64,000 nt of DNA from Malacoraja senta (GCA_038087875.1 CM075988.1:15252001-15316000), one strand, 5' to 3'. Shown: positions 1 to 13,469, counted from the first letter of the stretch. Notes: generated by a model from the sequence alone, not told the origin. Numbers and translations are program-made.

Positions 1-380
1 ATCTTGGCTGGTATATCTTTCCTCCTCAACCCCATTCACTTGCCTTCACCCCATAACTACCTCACAACCTTACTAATTAAAAATCTGTCAATCTCCACTT
101 TAAAAGTATCCATTTACTTGGCTTCCACAGCCATCTGTGGTAATGAATTCCACAGATTCACCATCCCGACTAAAGAAATTCCTCCTCATCTCTTTTCTAA
201 ATGTATTTATTCTGCGGCTATGGCCTTTGTTCCCAACATCCTCTCTACATCCACTCTATCGAAGCCTTTCATTATTCAATAAGTTTCAATGAGGTTCCCC
301 CCTCATCCTTCTAAACTCTAGCGAGTACAGGCCCAGTGCCGTCAAATGCTCATCATATGTGAACCCAATCATTCCTGGAT
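1..380 (-). mobile_element. Degenerate CR1 LINE 3' fragment
   Basis: Similar to the better-preserved CR1 3' end at 1271-2018 (gaattccacagattcacca, catccttctaaactctagcgagtacaggcc). Confidence 0.7.
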
Positions 381-1270
381 TCAAATTGTTCAGAAGGCAG
401 GCTCAACAGGAATGAGCAAAAGCCAACATCAGATAATCCTAGTGTGAAAGAAATAGTAGGGAACGGACTAGATGGACTGCTCTGTACAAGAATGTGATGC
501 TCCCATTTGTCGAGATGCGATAGAACAGGATGGATACAGGCTGGATGCAGGAAGGTTCAAGAATGTAGTCCTAACTGATTTGGAATCCATCCATCCCAAT
601 TGACTCTCGCAGCACTTTGGGACAGGTGGTTCCAAAGATACATAATCCTCAGGGGAAAAAAATTCTCACATCAGCCTTAAAATGGTCACCTCACAATTTT
701 GAGATCACGACCCCAGGTTCTGAACTCTTCCACAAAAGTAAACATACCCTTGGGATTTATCTTGTCTAGCCGCTAAAAATTGTACCACTCATTCTTCTGA
801 AGTCAAATTATTACAGTTCCAATCTGCTTACTCTTTCCTCAAAGGACAACTCTTCCACATCCAGAACAATATCAGTGAAATCGTCTGAATTGTCTCCAAT
901 ACAATAGGGGCCAAAAATATTCAATGTACTCCCGATGTGGTTTATCCTCATGCTGCAAGTTGATAAGGAACTGAGACTCAGGAAACAGGATGCAATGTAA
1001 CCTTGTTTGGGGTGTCCAAGCATTTAAGCATCTGTACACAAATACATCTTGTCAGCGATGATTATGCTTTGTGCTGGTCATCTGAATTTCAATCAGATCC
1101 CTGGATTAATGCCCTATGGTATCTGCGTATAGAGTGGTCAATACTAGAGTCAGAGACATACAGCGCAGAACCAGGCCCATTTACCTAACCCATCCATGCT
1201 GACCAAGGTGCCTTGCTGAGCTAGTCCCATTTGTCTGCATTTGGCCCATATCATTCTAAATCTTTCCCTT

Positions 1271-2018
1271 TAGAAACATAGAAACATAGAAAATAGGTGC
1301 AGGAGTGGGCCATTTGGCCCTTCGAGCCTGCACCGCCATTCGATATGATCATGGCTGATCATCCAACTCAGTATCCTGTACCTGCTTTCTCTCCATACCC
1401 CCTGATCCCTTTAGCCACAAGGGCCACATCTAACTCCCTCTTAAATATAACCAATGAACTGGCCTCAACTACCTTCTGTGGCAGAGAATTCCAGAGATTC
1501 ACCACTCTCTGTGTGAAAAATGTTTTCCTCATCTCGGTCCTAAAAGATTTCCCCCTTATCCTTAAACTGTGACCCCTTGTTCTGGACTTCCCCAACATCG
1601 GGAACAATCTTCCTGCATCTAGCCTGTCCAACCCCTTAAGAATTTTGTACGTTTCTATAAGATCCCCCCTCAATCTTCTAAATTCTAGCGAGTACAAACC
1701 GAGTCTATCTTCATATGAAAGTCCTGACATCCCAGGAATCAGTCTGCTGAACCTTCTCTGTACTCCCTCTATGGCAAGAATGTCTTTCCTCATATTAGGA
1801 GACCAAAACTGTACGCAATACTCCAGGTGTGGTCTCACCAAGACCCTGTACAACTGCAGTAGAACCTCCCTGCTCCTATACTCAAACCCTTTTGCTATGA
1901 ATGCTAACATACCATTCGCCTTCTTCACTGCCTGCTGCACCTGCATGCCTACTTTTAATGACTGGTGTACCATGACACCCAGGTCTCGTTGCATCTCCCC
2001 TTTTCCTAATCGGCCACC
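1271..2018 (-). mobile_element. 5'-truncated CR1 LINE (ORF2 C-terminus, 3' UTR and tagaaaca tandem tail)
   Basis: ORF 1368..1994 has CR1 ORF2 motifs (LYRVLVRPHLEYCVQFWSP, RRLRGDLIETYKI, RTRGHSLRI, FFTQRVVNLWNSLP); 8-bp tandem tail at 1271-1295. Confidence 0.92.
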
Positions 2019-2479
2019 AGAGTCAAAGATTATTCATCATAGGGCTACCCATCTTCAGCAGCTTCAATGTTTTTTTTTCCATTAAAAGATCAGAAATGAG
2101 GTTGGTCATTCAGAGTTGTACAATGTTAAATTTTCGCTGCCAAAGAAAATAAAGAAGCTTCTGCCTGCATTCAAAAAGATACACTCGCATTCAGGCATGA
2201 TCTGATAAGTGGTAAGTGACAGTAACAACACATACACCAAATCCCAGAACTCCCTTCCCAACAATATTGTGGGAATACCTCCACCAGACACAACACAGGC
2301 ATTTGGAAGTTGGCTCACAACCACATCCTCCAGGGATTTTGTGGGCCATTAAATGCTAACTTATGACGCTAACGCTTCCAGTGACAACTAGATCCCAAAA
2401 TTCAACAAGTAAAATATTCGATTTTGCTATAAAAATGTATAGCGTATTCCCTCCTTCGGTAATATGATCCTTTTACAGT

Positions 2480-3330
2480 GTAGTTTCCAAAACCGTCCAG
2501 ATAATCGGGTGTGGTCTAACATGGCCTTTGTACAGCTACAGAATAACTACTGACAACTTGTATCTTTTAAATATAAACCAAGAATTCCAATAGCCTTTGA
2601 TTATTTTATGTACTTACCAAAAGCAGAAAGCTTCTAACTTTTCATTATTTAAAACATACTGTTCTCTTAGGTCAAAAATATTTGATGTTTGCCTCCATCA
2701 AAGTTTATTTTCTGCAGTATTGTACATCACGTAATCTATTAATGTCTCTTTGTAACTCGATGCTTCCATCTGCACTGCTTACAATGCCACCCATCTTTGT
2801 CTCTTCAGCAAACACAGTGATGTGGTTTTCCATAACGTCATCTAAATATTTCATAAATAAGAAAAGTTTTGGCCCCATCATGTATTCATCAATCCAGCAG
2901 ATCACTGGTCAAATCCTGCTAGTGTTATCACGTTATCTCTGTCCATGCTACCCAGCAGCACAATTTCTAAATCTGATTAATAAATTGCCTTCAATTTCAT
3001 GCTCTCCGACTTTATCTCATAAATATTCTATAATGAGTTTAAACAAAGCTTTATAGAAGTCCACTGCCCTGTCCACTACTTAAGTCCCCTCCACAAAACT
3101 TTTGATTCAGGTTTATAAAGTATAACTTCCTCCTTGCAAATCAATGCCAGCTCCCTCTGATCAACTCAAATCATTCAGTGTTTAGACACAGAGTAGTCTC
3201 TAGCAATTTCCCCTTGACAGATGCTAAAGCAACTAACATGAAAGCTTTATTTTCTTTCTCACTCTTTAATAAGAGTGAAATATGTAATTCTTCAATCTAA
3301 AGGAACTGTCTCCAAATCAAACAGAATAAA
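2480..3330 (-). mobile_element. Old CR1 RT fragment
   Basis: ORF 2705..2905 ITVFAEETKMGGIVSSADGSIELQRDINRL resembles CR1 RT (ISKFADDTKLGG...LQRDLDRL). Confidence 0.7.
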
Positions 3331-6300
3331 AATCCAAGATTAAAGTTAGGGTATCTACAGTGTCTTCTTACACTTCCTTTACAAGTCATAGAGTTGGAGT
3401 CAGAGTGCAGGAACATTTTAATTAATGTACAAAAATCACAAGGAGGAATGATAAAGATAGAAATGAGAAAAAGTTAGGCAAATAATTACATTTCAATTTT
3501 AAAAACGTTAATAATAGTTAAAGTCTGAAAGAATGAGACTCTAAGCTTACTAACATTTTGTGCCGCATTTACTGGATATTGAGTGGTTAAATAGTTCTAT
3601 TTCATGCAACCTCATGGGTTGAAATCGCAAGTCTCTCTGCAAGCCAAGAGAGCTGGAACCTACTGAAGCGATTGGATACCAAAATCACTGATTAAGTTTT
3701 CTGACAATGAGCGAATGAATAAGACAGTAAGTACAAACAAGAGTCAACCAGTCAGGCCTTCGAGCCTGCTTTGATGTTCATATCATCTTACATTTTTCAA
3801 ATCCACCTTTTCACCCTTTTCCCCTTACCCTTCATTCTCCAACTGATTAGATATCCATCCATCTCAGTGGACCCTCACAGCAGTAAGGGCCAGGTGGTTC
3901 CAAAGGTACATAACCCTCAGAAATAAAATCCTCACCTCAGCCTTAAAATGGTCATTCCACTATTCTGAAATAATGCACCCAGTTTCTGGATTGTCCCACA
4001 AGAGCAAACATCTCCTTAGCAGTTAGGAACACAAAGTGCTGGAGTAACTCAGTAGGCCAGGCATTATATTTGGAGAACATGTACAAGTGACTTTTCGAGT
4101 CGAGACTCTCTTTCACACTTAGCATGTGTAAAATTGGCACATCAATGAATGCTGACCTTTGTTGCAGCCTCCGAAGTCTGTCAATGACGACTGAGCAGTC
4201 CATCAAAATCTAAAAAGCGGATTGTTCAACTAATCCAACTAAAAAGACACTCTTGAAAAATGTGAAAACCAAATCTTGAAACACAGCAGATGCATACCAG
4301 TGTTTCCATTCTGTGCACACTCCTGCATCCATCCACAAACAAATCCAGCAGCTAACAGGCCACTTTAGAAGCTGCTTCTTAATTAAGAAGACATGGACAT
4401 GCTCGTTGCCCAATACATCTATTGCAGGGTCTATCACTACGCACATTATTTGTGAAAGCCTTGCTCAGACACATCTAATGATCATCACACACGACAATAA
4501 CATTGCACAGCTCTTATGCACAATGCAATAGCTTTGGCATTGCATGGCTCCTGCACAAATTACAACAATGCACTGAACCATTCTCTCATATTCTCAAGCA
4601 TACTAATAAAATATCAATCAATCATCCCAAAAATTATTATTACTGTCCCAGAAACCAATGAACTGAAAGTGACCCAGAGCAAGATGTGATGGGAACACTT
4701 AATCCGAGAGATATGAAATTATGTTTTTTTTTAAATCATGAAGCAAAAGGTTGATGTTCCTTATTTATCACCTTTCCTTGCCAAACTCCAGAAACATATA
4801 AGTAAAAGACAATCACAGAAATTATTTATTTTTATTCTCTAAACTTTGAGCCACTCTGCAAATTGAATTTCTCGATTGCTACTTCCCATTCATTATGTTG
4901 ACATTCTGATTTGTTGCTTTCAAATGACAACAGAGATTGATTCATCTGTTATCCAAAACACACTTCCTTTCCAGGAGTGCAAATGGAGATTTCACAAACA
5001 GATTCAAACTTCCATTGATCTGTCCATACAAGTTTTCAACGGAAGCTACCATATGCTACTTTCTTCCACAAGCACATTAGTTCCAATTTCAATTAATGCA
5101 TAAAAATCACAAGTTTAACCAACTTTTTCTTCAGAACCAAAAAGATCTTTCTAATCAGACCTCTGGATGTTCTGTGTACCATGAATGACCTACCATAAGA
5201 ACATTTCCACAATCTTTACCACTTGCACAATCCTATATTGTGCAGTAGATGGACTAATACCAGTAACATTAGCGGTACATGAGGTAATGGGTATAAAATA
5301 TTATTCCATTGCCATGTGATTTAATTGTGCCTTGGTCTCAACTGATGGGGAAACCAAACTTTTTTTGTGGATGTTTGGTTCAGAGATGCACAAAACTCAC
5401 AACTTGGTGCAACTTTCAGAAAATGGTAAGCCATGGAACGGTTAAACTATCCATTAGCAGGCTTTTCCTCATCTACTGGTTATTTAAATTCTTCCCAACA
5501 GAATTGAGGATCAAGATACCTTCACATAATTTTTTTTTTAATTTTGAGAAACACTAAAGTTTATATTTCTACCACTGCATGTTCCTATCAATTACTTATA
5601 CATTATTGATTAGAGACCCTATGAAGCGTTAGTTCCTATGAACAGGTACCATACCACTATTTTATTTTTAAAAAGCCTTTAATAAAGCCAACAAGGATAG
5701 AAGTAATTCATGGGAGTATTAGCAAATAAAAATTGACACCATCCCACAAAAGGAGATGTTAAAGAAGAACAAATCAAAGAGATACAACTTGAAAGCGAGG
5801 TAAAGAAAGTAATTCTGAAGCTCTTGCAAATGTTAGCTAAAGGCACAGACTAAACCTGTGGATCAATTAAATTCAGTAGTCAGGTAATCCGAATTGGACA
5901 AGTTTAAAGTGTACATTAATCCCGTACATTTAGAGTGGCAGTTTTTAATGTCTGGGCACTTGCAATTCTAATTCCTGGCATTGCTGTTATATCTTACCCC
6001 AACTCACCGAAACACAGATGGAGTTGCTGTAAATTATTCTTGCAAAAAATGCAAATTTTGATCTCACTTATTAGCAGCAATCACAAAAATGCAAATAATT
6101 AAAGGCAAACATATGCTATTACCACAGCGCATCTGCCTATTTTTATAATAGCAGGGCTCCTACAGCAAATAGGTCTTGATTAAATTGCACAGTATATTCA
6201 GCTCATCATCCTCATTCCAGCTCTTTGAACAAACTATCCAATTACTCCCACTCCCCTGCTTCTTCCTCAGAGTCCTGTTAATTTCCGCCTTCAACTATCT

Positions 6301-6844
6301 GTCCAACTCTCTTTTGAACTTTATTAATGAGCCTACTTCCATTACCATTTCAGGCAAGTCCCGATCTTAACAATCTATATTTAATAATTTATTTTATAAT
6401 CTATACAAAATAATTCTCATCACCCCTCTGCTCTGACAACACTATTGTACCCACTGGTATCCAGTAGCATTGACAGTGAGAAAGAATTCCTCTTATTAAC
6501 TCAATCAAAATACTTCATGATTTTGAACTGTCCTATCAAATTCCTCCCCAATTTTTTTTCTCCACTATATTTTTATTTTTTTTAAGTCTTTAATGAACTC
6601 TTGCCATCTCAGGTACCACTCTGGTTAATATATACCACACCCTTCCCAAACTCTTGTGAAATACAACCAGAGTTTGAACACAAACAATACAGGGCACAAT
6701 AATAAACTTAACATAGACAGATATTGTATAGGAACACCACGGGTGATCACACTGTAAACTGTACATTCAAGCCCCATCCAATCTATATTCCCTCCCTTCC
6801 CTCATTATGACGCCCTCTATTAATCCCCACATTGATGGACTTTA

Positions 6845-6945
6845 GTGTTTAAGAAGGGTTTCGGCCCGAAACGTTGCCTATTTCCTTCGCTCCATAGATG
6901 CTGCTGCACCCGCTGAGTTTCTCCAGCATTTTTGTGTATCTTTGA
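6845..6945 (+). mobile_element. Penelope-derived short repeat with a disrupted hammerhead core, about 50 nt inside ARHGEF12 intron 1
   Basis: aagaagggtttcggcccgaaacgttgcc...gatgctgctgcacccgctgagtttctccagca; same family as 52857-53213. Confidence 0.75.
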
Positions 6946-6991
6946 TGGACTTTATGTTATGCTGGTTTTTGTTCATATTGTGTACCCTTAC

Positions 6992-7023
6992 CTCTCACTC
7001 AGCCCGGACGGTGTCACGCTCAT
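6992..7023 (-). CDS. ARHGEF12: First coding exon of Rho guanine nucleotide exchange factor 12 (LARG): MSVTPSGLSE(R)
   Basis: ATG at 7023, 32 coding nt, then donor AG|gtaagg. Size, phase and peptide resemble human exon 1 (MSGTQSTITDR). It sits below a CpG island and downstream of TLCD5, as in human. Confidence 0.8.
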
Positions 7024-7559
7024 TTGGCTCCTCTCACTGATTCCTGTTCTTACAATTTATCCAATTCTCATTTTGTTTCGCAAAACCTTGATCGATTGTC
7101 AATAATCCAAGGAGAATATGGAACCATATAAAAACGTAAAATCTCTCAGACTCTTGGAACAGGTCTGTCCTGATGAGGCTTCGGATTAATAAACTGGATC
7201 AGAAAAGTCTCAGCCCAGCCCAGATCCAAGTCCAGGACTAAAGCCCATTCCAAAAACCGAGCCCAACCTTAACCCGGAACCAAGCGCTCCCGTTATTGCA
7301 GCTCCTACACGGTATCAATCCGGTATTGACACTTATCAGTTCAATCTGACAATCCACCGTGATACTTATCGATTCAGTTTAATCCTCTGTGGCATCGAGC
7401 AGTTATTGATCCACACTCATCATCCTGTGCAGTATTGATCAGGCGTTGATGCTTATCGATTCAGACTATTTTCCAGCGCCGCATCCATCAGGAGTCGATT
7501 CAGTCTCATCATCCAGTATGGAATCGATATGATATCGATCTTCGGTGCGGATATCAATC

Positions 7560-8560
7560 CAGTCCCAGCTCGGGGGCCAAGTTTGGATCAGTTCGGTCCC
7601 GTTTCTCTATCGATGGCGTTTAGGGAGTAAGGCAGAGCCACGGTGGCTTTGTGGCCCGGGCTTGGGCTCCAGGCTCGGGAGGGCCCGGGACTCTGCTGCC
7701 GGACACTGGCTGAACTCTAGGCCCTGGTCGCCCTAGGCCCGGCCAGGCCTGCGCCGCTCGGGCCCGGCTGGCGGTGGGTGTGGGTGTGGGTGCCGGCCGG
7801 CCGGCCTTTCCCCGCCTCACACTCTCTCTCTCTCTCACACTCACTTGCTCTCGCTCTCTCTCCCTCTCTCACTCCCCCGGCTCCATCCCAAGCCCGGCGC
7901 TCGCTTCACTCCCCGATCGAACCCGGTGTTGGGGGAGGAGGGGGTGGTTTCCTGTTGTCGTTGATCCTCGGCGGTCAGTCAGGCCGCGGTGTGTGGGGGG
8001 GGGGGGGGAGGGTGACCCGGTGGCTTGGAGGGGCGGCTCCGCTTCGGCTCCCGCTCCCGCTCCGGATCGGCGCCCAGTTCCGCTCCGGTTGTTACTTTGT
8101 TACTTCGCTCGGACCGCCTCACCTCCGGCCGCTCGGCGCTGCTCCGTCCGCCGCCGCCGCTCCGCTCCAAACGCCCGGCCCTCTGCCGCCGCTCCCTCCG
8201 CGCAAAGTAATCCCAGGGACAGGGAGCCGGGGTGAAAGTCAGCGGCTGCCCCGCATCTCCACCCACCCAGCCAGCCAGAGAGGAGGGGGGCTCCTAGACA
8301 CAGCGGGAAACACGCCCGAAACAACCCCAACCCCCCACTAGCCGCTACACTTAAACAGGGGAGAAGGAGCAGGAGCAGGAGGAGGCAGACTTTGTGTGTC
8401 CTGCTGGAAGAAGGCGTATCAAAACAACAATAATGGGAGATCAATCCTCGTCCAAACCCGGCGTCAGTCTAAGCGGGGAACCAGGACGGCTGTCCGTTAA
8501 TGGGGGCGCATCTCACACCGTCCTGATTCCAATTCTGCACTGGCTCTGGCCCGACAAAAA
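7560..8560 (-). promoter_or_regulatory. ARHGEF12: CpG island: promoter and 5' UTR of ARHGEF12
   Basis: Very GC/CpG-rich kilobase with ccg runs directly upstream of the first coding exon. Confidence 0.8.
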
Positions 8561-9235
8561 TCTGACACCTTCCTGACTAAGATACACGCCGAAGTTTGGG
8601 TTTGGGAACTTAATTCACCCATATTTACAATGAGATTTGCTGATGACATTTGGTAACTCCCACAAAAGTACCTCAAGCCCCTGAGGTGGGTTGACGATTG
8701 CTCATTTTCAGCCTGGCGTGTTTATATAGGATTCTTTGATATATAGATATATCGTTAAAATTATCGTACGCATAGTTTTAAAATAACAACAAAAATAAGC
8801 GTCCTATTGTCCCTGCCAGCCCACCTCTCCACATAAAGACCATACATTGATTTGTTACACCAGCTTTAACTCTTAAATAATTCCTTGTACGTTAACAAGT
8901 CTATTTATAAGTATGACATAAAGTAATAAGGATGTTTATATTGGACAGAAGCCATGGCAGGAAACAAAAACGACATCAAATGCAACTGCCAGGCCTTTTG
9001 AGCTACTAAGATCAGTAAATTTTCTGCCTCACACATACAGCTCAAATGGAAAAGGCCTGAAATCGAGTCAGTTATGAGACAGGAGACCAATACGTTCATT
9101 TCCTTCTTGAACAAGTCCATAATCTTTTTCCTGCAATGCAATGTGTAAATCTCTCCAATCAGACTTCCACCTCCACCACTGTAGAACCCACATCAAAGTC
9201 ATAAGTGTCCCAGCTGAATCACACTATAATGGATG

Positions 9236-9359
9236 GGATTTATATAGCGCCTTTCTAATACTCAAGGCGCTTTACATCGCATTATTCATTCACTCCTCAG
9301 TCACACTCGGTGGTGGTGAGCTACTTCTGTAGCCACAGCTGCCCTGGGGCAGACTGACG
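9236..9359 (-). mobile_element. 3' fragment of a SINE with an L2-type tail, inserted in an old L2 remnant
   Basis: Minus strand reads tgtaaagcgccttgag...gaaaggcgctatataaa (L2-type stem-loop tail); the flank at about 9385-9435 resembles the L2 RT motif LSAAFDTVDH. Confidence 0.6.
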
Positions 9360-10947
9360 CTATGGTAATCTGTCCCTCATTATTGTTCTCAGCCTGTCCA
9401 TAACATTTAACAAAGTTGACCACACCGTTCTCCTCAGCTGTCTAGGGGCCAAGGGCAGCCCTTACTTGATTCCATTCCATTCTGTCCAACTGCATCCAAA
9501 TAATACTTACAAAATGTTCTTTTTCCACTTCTGGACTTTTACCTTTAGAGTCGACATGGGATCTAACTGTCCTCACCCGCACAATTATTTAGATTTGCTC
9601 CTCCTCAGTGAAACAAAAATCATCCCACATGTACACTAGTCTTATGATTATCTAAAAGCAGTAAAAATGCTGGAAACCTGTAATAAAAACAGAAAATGCT
9701 GGAAATATTCTCTAGGTCAGCTACATCTGTGGAAAGAGAAACAAAGTTAATGTTTCAGTTCAAAGATGGCTTCGGCCTGAAATGCTGTCTCTGTCCTTCG
9801 TCAAACAGACTCAGACCTAGTTGCTGAGTATTTCCATTATTTCTGTTTATATTATATCAACCCATCTTGTTCCAATTTAAGTGCACATCACTGAATTAAA
9901 TAGATCAACCAATGGTGTCTGTTCTTAACTGCCTGGATCCTAATTTTCTCTCTATATCTCACCCCACTCATTTTCTTTATGGCACCCACAAAAAACGTAC
10001 TGGGTCACCTCCCATAATATCTCATTATCTGGTTAAGCCTATGTTAATGGTGTTGTGCAAATTAAACTTTTTGTCGCTAATGGGACCAAAATCTGCTGGG
10101 ACTGAAACCCCAATATCTATACAAAACCTAATATTACAGAATACGATTGTAACCCAAAAGAAATAAGTAGTTTTCCCAGCCTGCAGTCAAATTGTTTGGG
10201 ATATTGGGAAAGAAAAATAGAATTTTCTGGCAATAGACACACAGGGGCTAGTAGCTTCTTGCGTTTGAGGCAGCAGAAGTCTGCAGCAGGGTGATGCCAT
10301 CCGGTTCGACATCTGTACCCATGGTGCCCATGACCATTCATTAACAGCAGCAACTGGTAACTCGAATTCACTGTACCTTAATTGGTACATGTGTCAATGA
10401 ACTGACCTGGAACCTTGAAATTGGGTAGAATCTGTTTCTGTTACTGTAGATTACATTTTAATTTCTGACTGCTAGAATATCATGCTTGGGTAATTTAGAT
10501 GATGTTCTTTACCTTTAGTTCCAACTGGATTAAGTTTTTGTCTGAGTGAATTCCAGTAGTCCATTTGATCACACATGGACATCAGGTGAGGTCAAGTTGA
10601 ATTTATTGTAATATGTACAAGTATGGAGAAGTGCAGGTACAATGGAAATCTTGCTTGCAGCAGCATCACAGGCAGATAGACTCAGACCACACACAAAAAC
10701 ATAACATACATAAATTACACATACATTCTGCAAGACAGTAAAAAGAAAAAAGACTGTGCAAATCACAAGACATTAGTGCAAAATACAATTTGAAAAAAAA
10801 AAATCCATTGCAAGAGATGACCTGTTGTGTTCTGCTGCTGAGTTAGGATTGTGCAGGTCAGTTCAAGGACCTGATAGATGCATGAAAGTTGTTGCTCCAG
10901 AACCTGGTGGTGTGTGACTTCAGGCTTCTGTACCTCCTGGCCAATGG

Positions 10948-11450
10948 TTCAAATTCAAGTTCAAGTTCAAGAGAGTTTATTGTCATGTGTCCCAAATAGG
11001 ACAATGAAATTCTTGCTTTGCTTCAGCAGAACAGAATATTGCAGGCATAAATAAATACAGAACAGATCAGTGTGTCCATATACCATTGAATGTATATATA
11101 TATAGACACATAAATAAGCATATAAAGTGCAATAGACTATTAAAGTTCAGATTTTTGTTTGAGTTGAGTTTAATACTGATGGCTGTGGGGAAGTAGCTGT
11201 TCCTGATCCTGGATGTTGCAGAGTTCAGGCTCCTGTACCTTCTACCTGAAGGCAGCGGAGAGATGAGTGTGTGGCCAGGATGGTGTGGGTCCTTGATGAT
11301 GCTGCCAGCCTTTTTGAGGCAGCGACTGTGGTAGATCCCCTCAATGGTCGGGAGGTCAGAGCCGATGATGGACTGGGCAGTGTTTACAAATTTTTGCAGT
11401 CTTCTCCACTCCTGGGCGCACAAGTTGCCGAACCAAGCCACGATGCAACC
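10948..11450 (-). mobile_element. Younger Rex1/Babar-type LINE 3' fragment nested in the older copy
   Basis: ORF 11067..11441 (RCLKKAGSIIKDPHHPGHTLISPLPSGRRYRSL) and a ttcaag tandem tail at about 10948-10971. Confidence 0.85.
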
Positions 11451-11616
11451 GGTACCAGCAAGAGAAGGACCTTACCCAGAGCGTGGGGTTCCTTGATGAT
11501 AGAAGCCACCTTCTTGATGCAGCGCCTCATGAAGATGTTTTCTATGGCAGGGAAGGCTGTGCCCATGATGGCCTGGGCTGAATCCAACATCCTCTGCATC
11601 CTCTTGTGTTCTAGTG

Positions 11617-12059
11617 CAGTGCTTTAGCACAAAATTTCATTCACTCTCGACTAAATTTTCTTATGTTTTTGGTAATTTTCGTCTTATTCTCCCTGGTGTA
11701 TAATTTTATATATCATTTATTTTGTCACATGAGCAAAAAACATAAATTAACTCATTTCTTAAACGTTTATTTTATTCAACTTTTTGAAAATCCTAAAAAT
11801 ATGTAAAGATAATTAGGAGTGAAAAAAAAAGTTTAATTACCACTGGAGTTGGAAAAATCACTCTATTAGAATAATTAAAAAAACATTCCAACGTCTAAAC
11901 ACTGGGCTTCAGCCCCATCCTACCCTTTCTGGCTTTGATTACTGCAGTTTTAAATATAAAAATATAAATATCTGAATAAATTAAGTCATTCACCCTTCAT
12001 TCACCCCTCTAGTTTCATTCACCACAAAATAATTTCATTCACCAGTTTAAGAAGCACTG
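11617..12059. mobile_element. Non-autonomous hAT (Charlie-like) DNA transposon, 443 bp
   Basis: Perfect 8-bp TSD ttctagtg (11609-11616, 12060-12067); TIR cagtgctt...aagcactg; subterminal ttcattcac repeats at both ends. Confidence 0.88.
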
Positions 12060-13199
12060 TTCTAGTGCATGGAATTGCCAAAACAGGCCATGATGCAACC
12101 AGTCCTGATACTTTCTACATTACATCCATAGAAGTTTGTTATAGTTTTCAATGACGTGCCAAATCCCTTCAATTTGTAAGAAAGTAGAGGTGCTGGCAAA
12201 CCTCTTTCATAATTTCATCTTTATGCTTGGGCCCATGACAGGTCATCCAAGAAGTTAACGCCCAGGAATTTGAAGCTGCTAACACAAGTCCACTGCCGAC
12301 TCACAAATCAAAACTGGTGCATGGTCTCCCAATTTCCCCTTTCTGAAGTCCACAATTGGCTCCTTGGCTTTGTTGACATTGAACGAGAGGTTATTGTTGC
12401 AGCAACAGCCAATCAGGCATTCTATCTCTCTCTTGTATACTGACTCATCACCCACCCATGATTCGGTTAACAACAACAAATTTATAGATGGCATTGGGCA
12501 TGCAATCACTGATTGTGCTTACTGCAAATGCTGCATCCAGATCAAAATGGAGGATTAAACCAGGTCGTTTGACATATTCGGCAGAGGAATAACTGATAAA
12601 ACTTAATCATGAAAATGTGACATGATTAATGTGGCAGGACCTATACGATAGGATATGTATAATAAATAGTAGGTTGTGGTGGTGTGGCACTGGTGGTGGT
12701 GGTGGCAGGAAGATGGAGGGGAGGGGGGAAGTTTGGCACAATGTCGCAGAGACAATTTTCAAATTGAGATTACTACTCATAGAGAGAATTTAGAAATAAT
12801 AGCAAGTTGGCATAAATTTGTTACATGCAAATCATGGCTATCTGACATAATTGATTTCTTTGTTGATGGAGATGGGTGCAGTAGATATTGTGTATTAAAA
12901 GGGATAACTTGGCACAAAATTGATTAAAAGATAAGAGGTAGAGAGTGATTTATTTTCTGATTGAAGATAAGATGCCATGGAGTCTCCCAGGAATTGACTT
13001 TTGCATTAATGATTTTCTTGTTTATCTTTATTCATTCACAGGATGCGGGCAACACGGGAAGAACAGCATTTATCGTTCAGATCTAATCAAGCTGGGAAGG
13101 TGTCAGTGAGCTACCTGAACTGCTGCAGTCTAGTCCTCTTGCTGAAATGTTGCACTTTGATCTCAACAATCTCCTTGCAAGAGTGGAGCTGCTCTTCAG

Positions 13200-13380
13200 T
13201 ACTAATAGAAATCGGTTAACCCCTCGATGACTGCACTCTAGAACTAAGAAACTCCAGAAGCCTGCCCCATGAGGCACATTCTGTCCCATCTGTGGGAGAA
13301 TATGCAGTTCCCACACTGGTCACATTTGTCACCTCAGAACCCACAGAACTGGGGTATCCTCCATCTCAAGTCGGAGAAGA
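13200..13380 (+). mobile_element. RTE-clade LINE 3' end fragment
   Basis: Encodes CPICGRICSSHTGHICHLRTH, the C-terminal CCHH motif typical of RTE/BovB ORF2. Confidence 0.65.
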
Positions 13381-13469
13381 CGAACTCTCGCAGTGCTTTC
13401 GTTAGATTCCACAATGATGAATAAACAGCAAGTCAAGATGCATTTGTATGTATCTGCTGAACCTGGTGG

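Larger units (their letters stand above)
10590..12510 (-). mobile_element. Old Rex1/Babar-type LINE 3' part, interrupted by two later insertions
   Basis: ORFs 12279..12509 (NNLSFNVNKAKEPIVDFRK) and 11384..11599 (RRCIKKVASIIKEP) plus a 3' UTR shared with copies at 19200-19790 and 22481-23030. Confidence 0.8.

Noticed and set aside
570-4015. Similar segments at about 570-760 and 3840-4015
   Set aside because: Both look like decayed CR1 3' ends, so independent insertions explain them without a local duplication
6845-6880. Hammerhead-like motif next to the ARHGEF12 exon 1 donor
   Set aside because: The CUGA core is mutated (tttaaga) and it is antisense to the gene, so it is unlikely to be active
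7545-8576. Overlapping Pro/Arg/Gly-rich ORFs on both strands
   Set aside because: Expected in a GC-rich CpG island; no recognisable domain, and the credible coding exon is at 6992-7023
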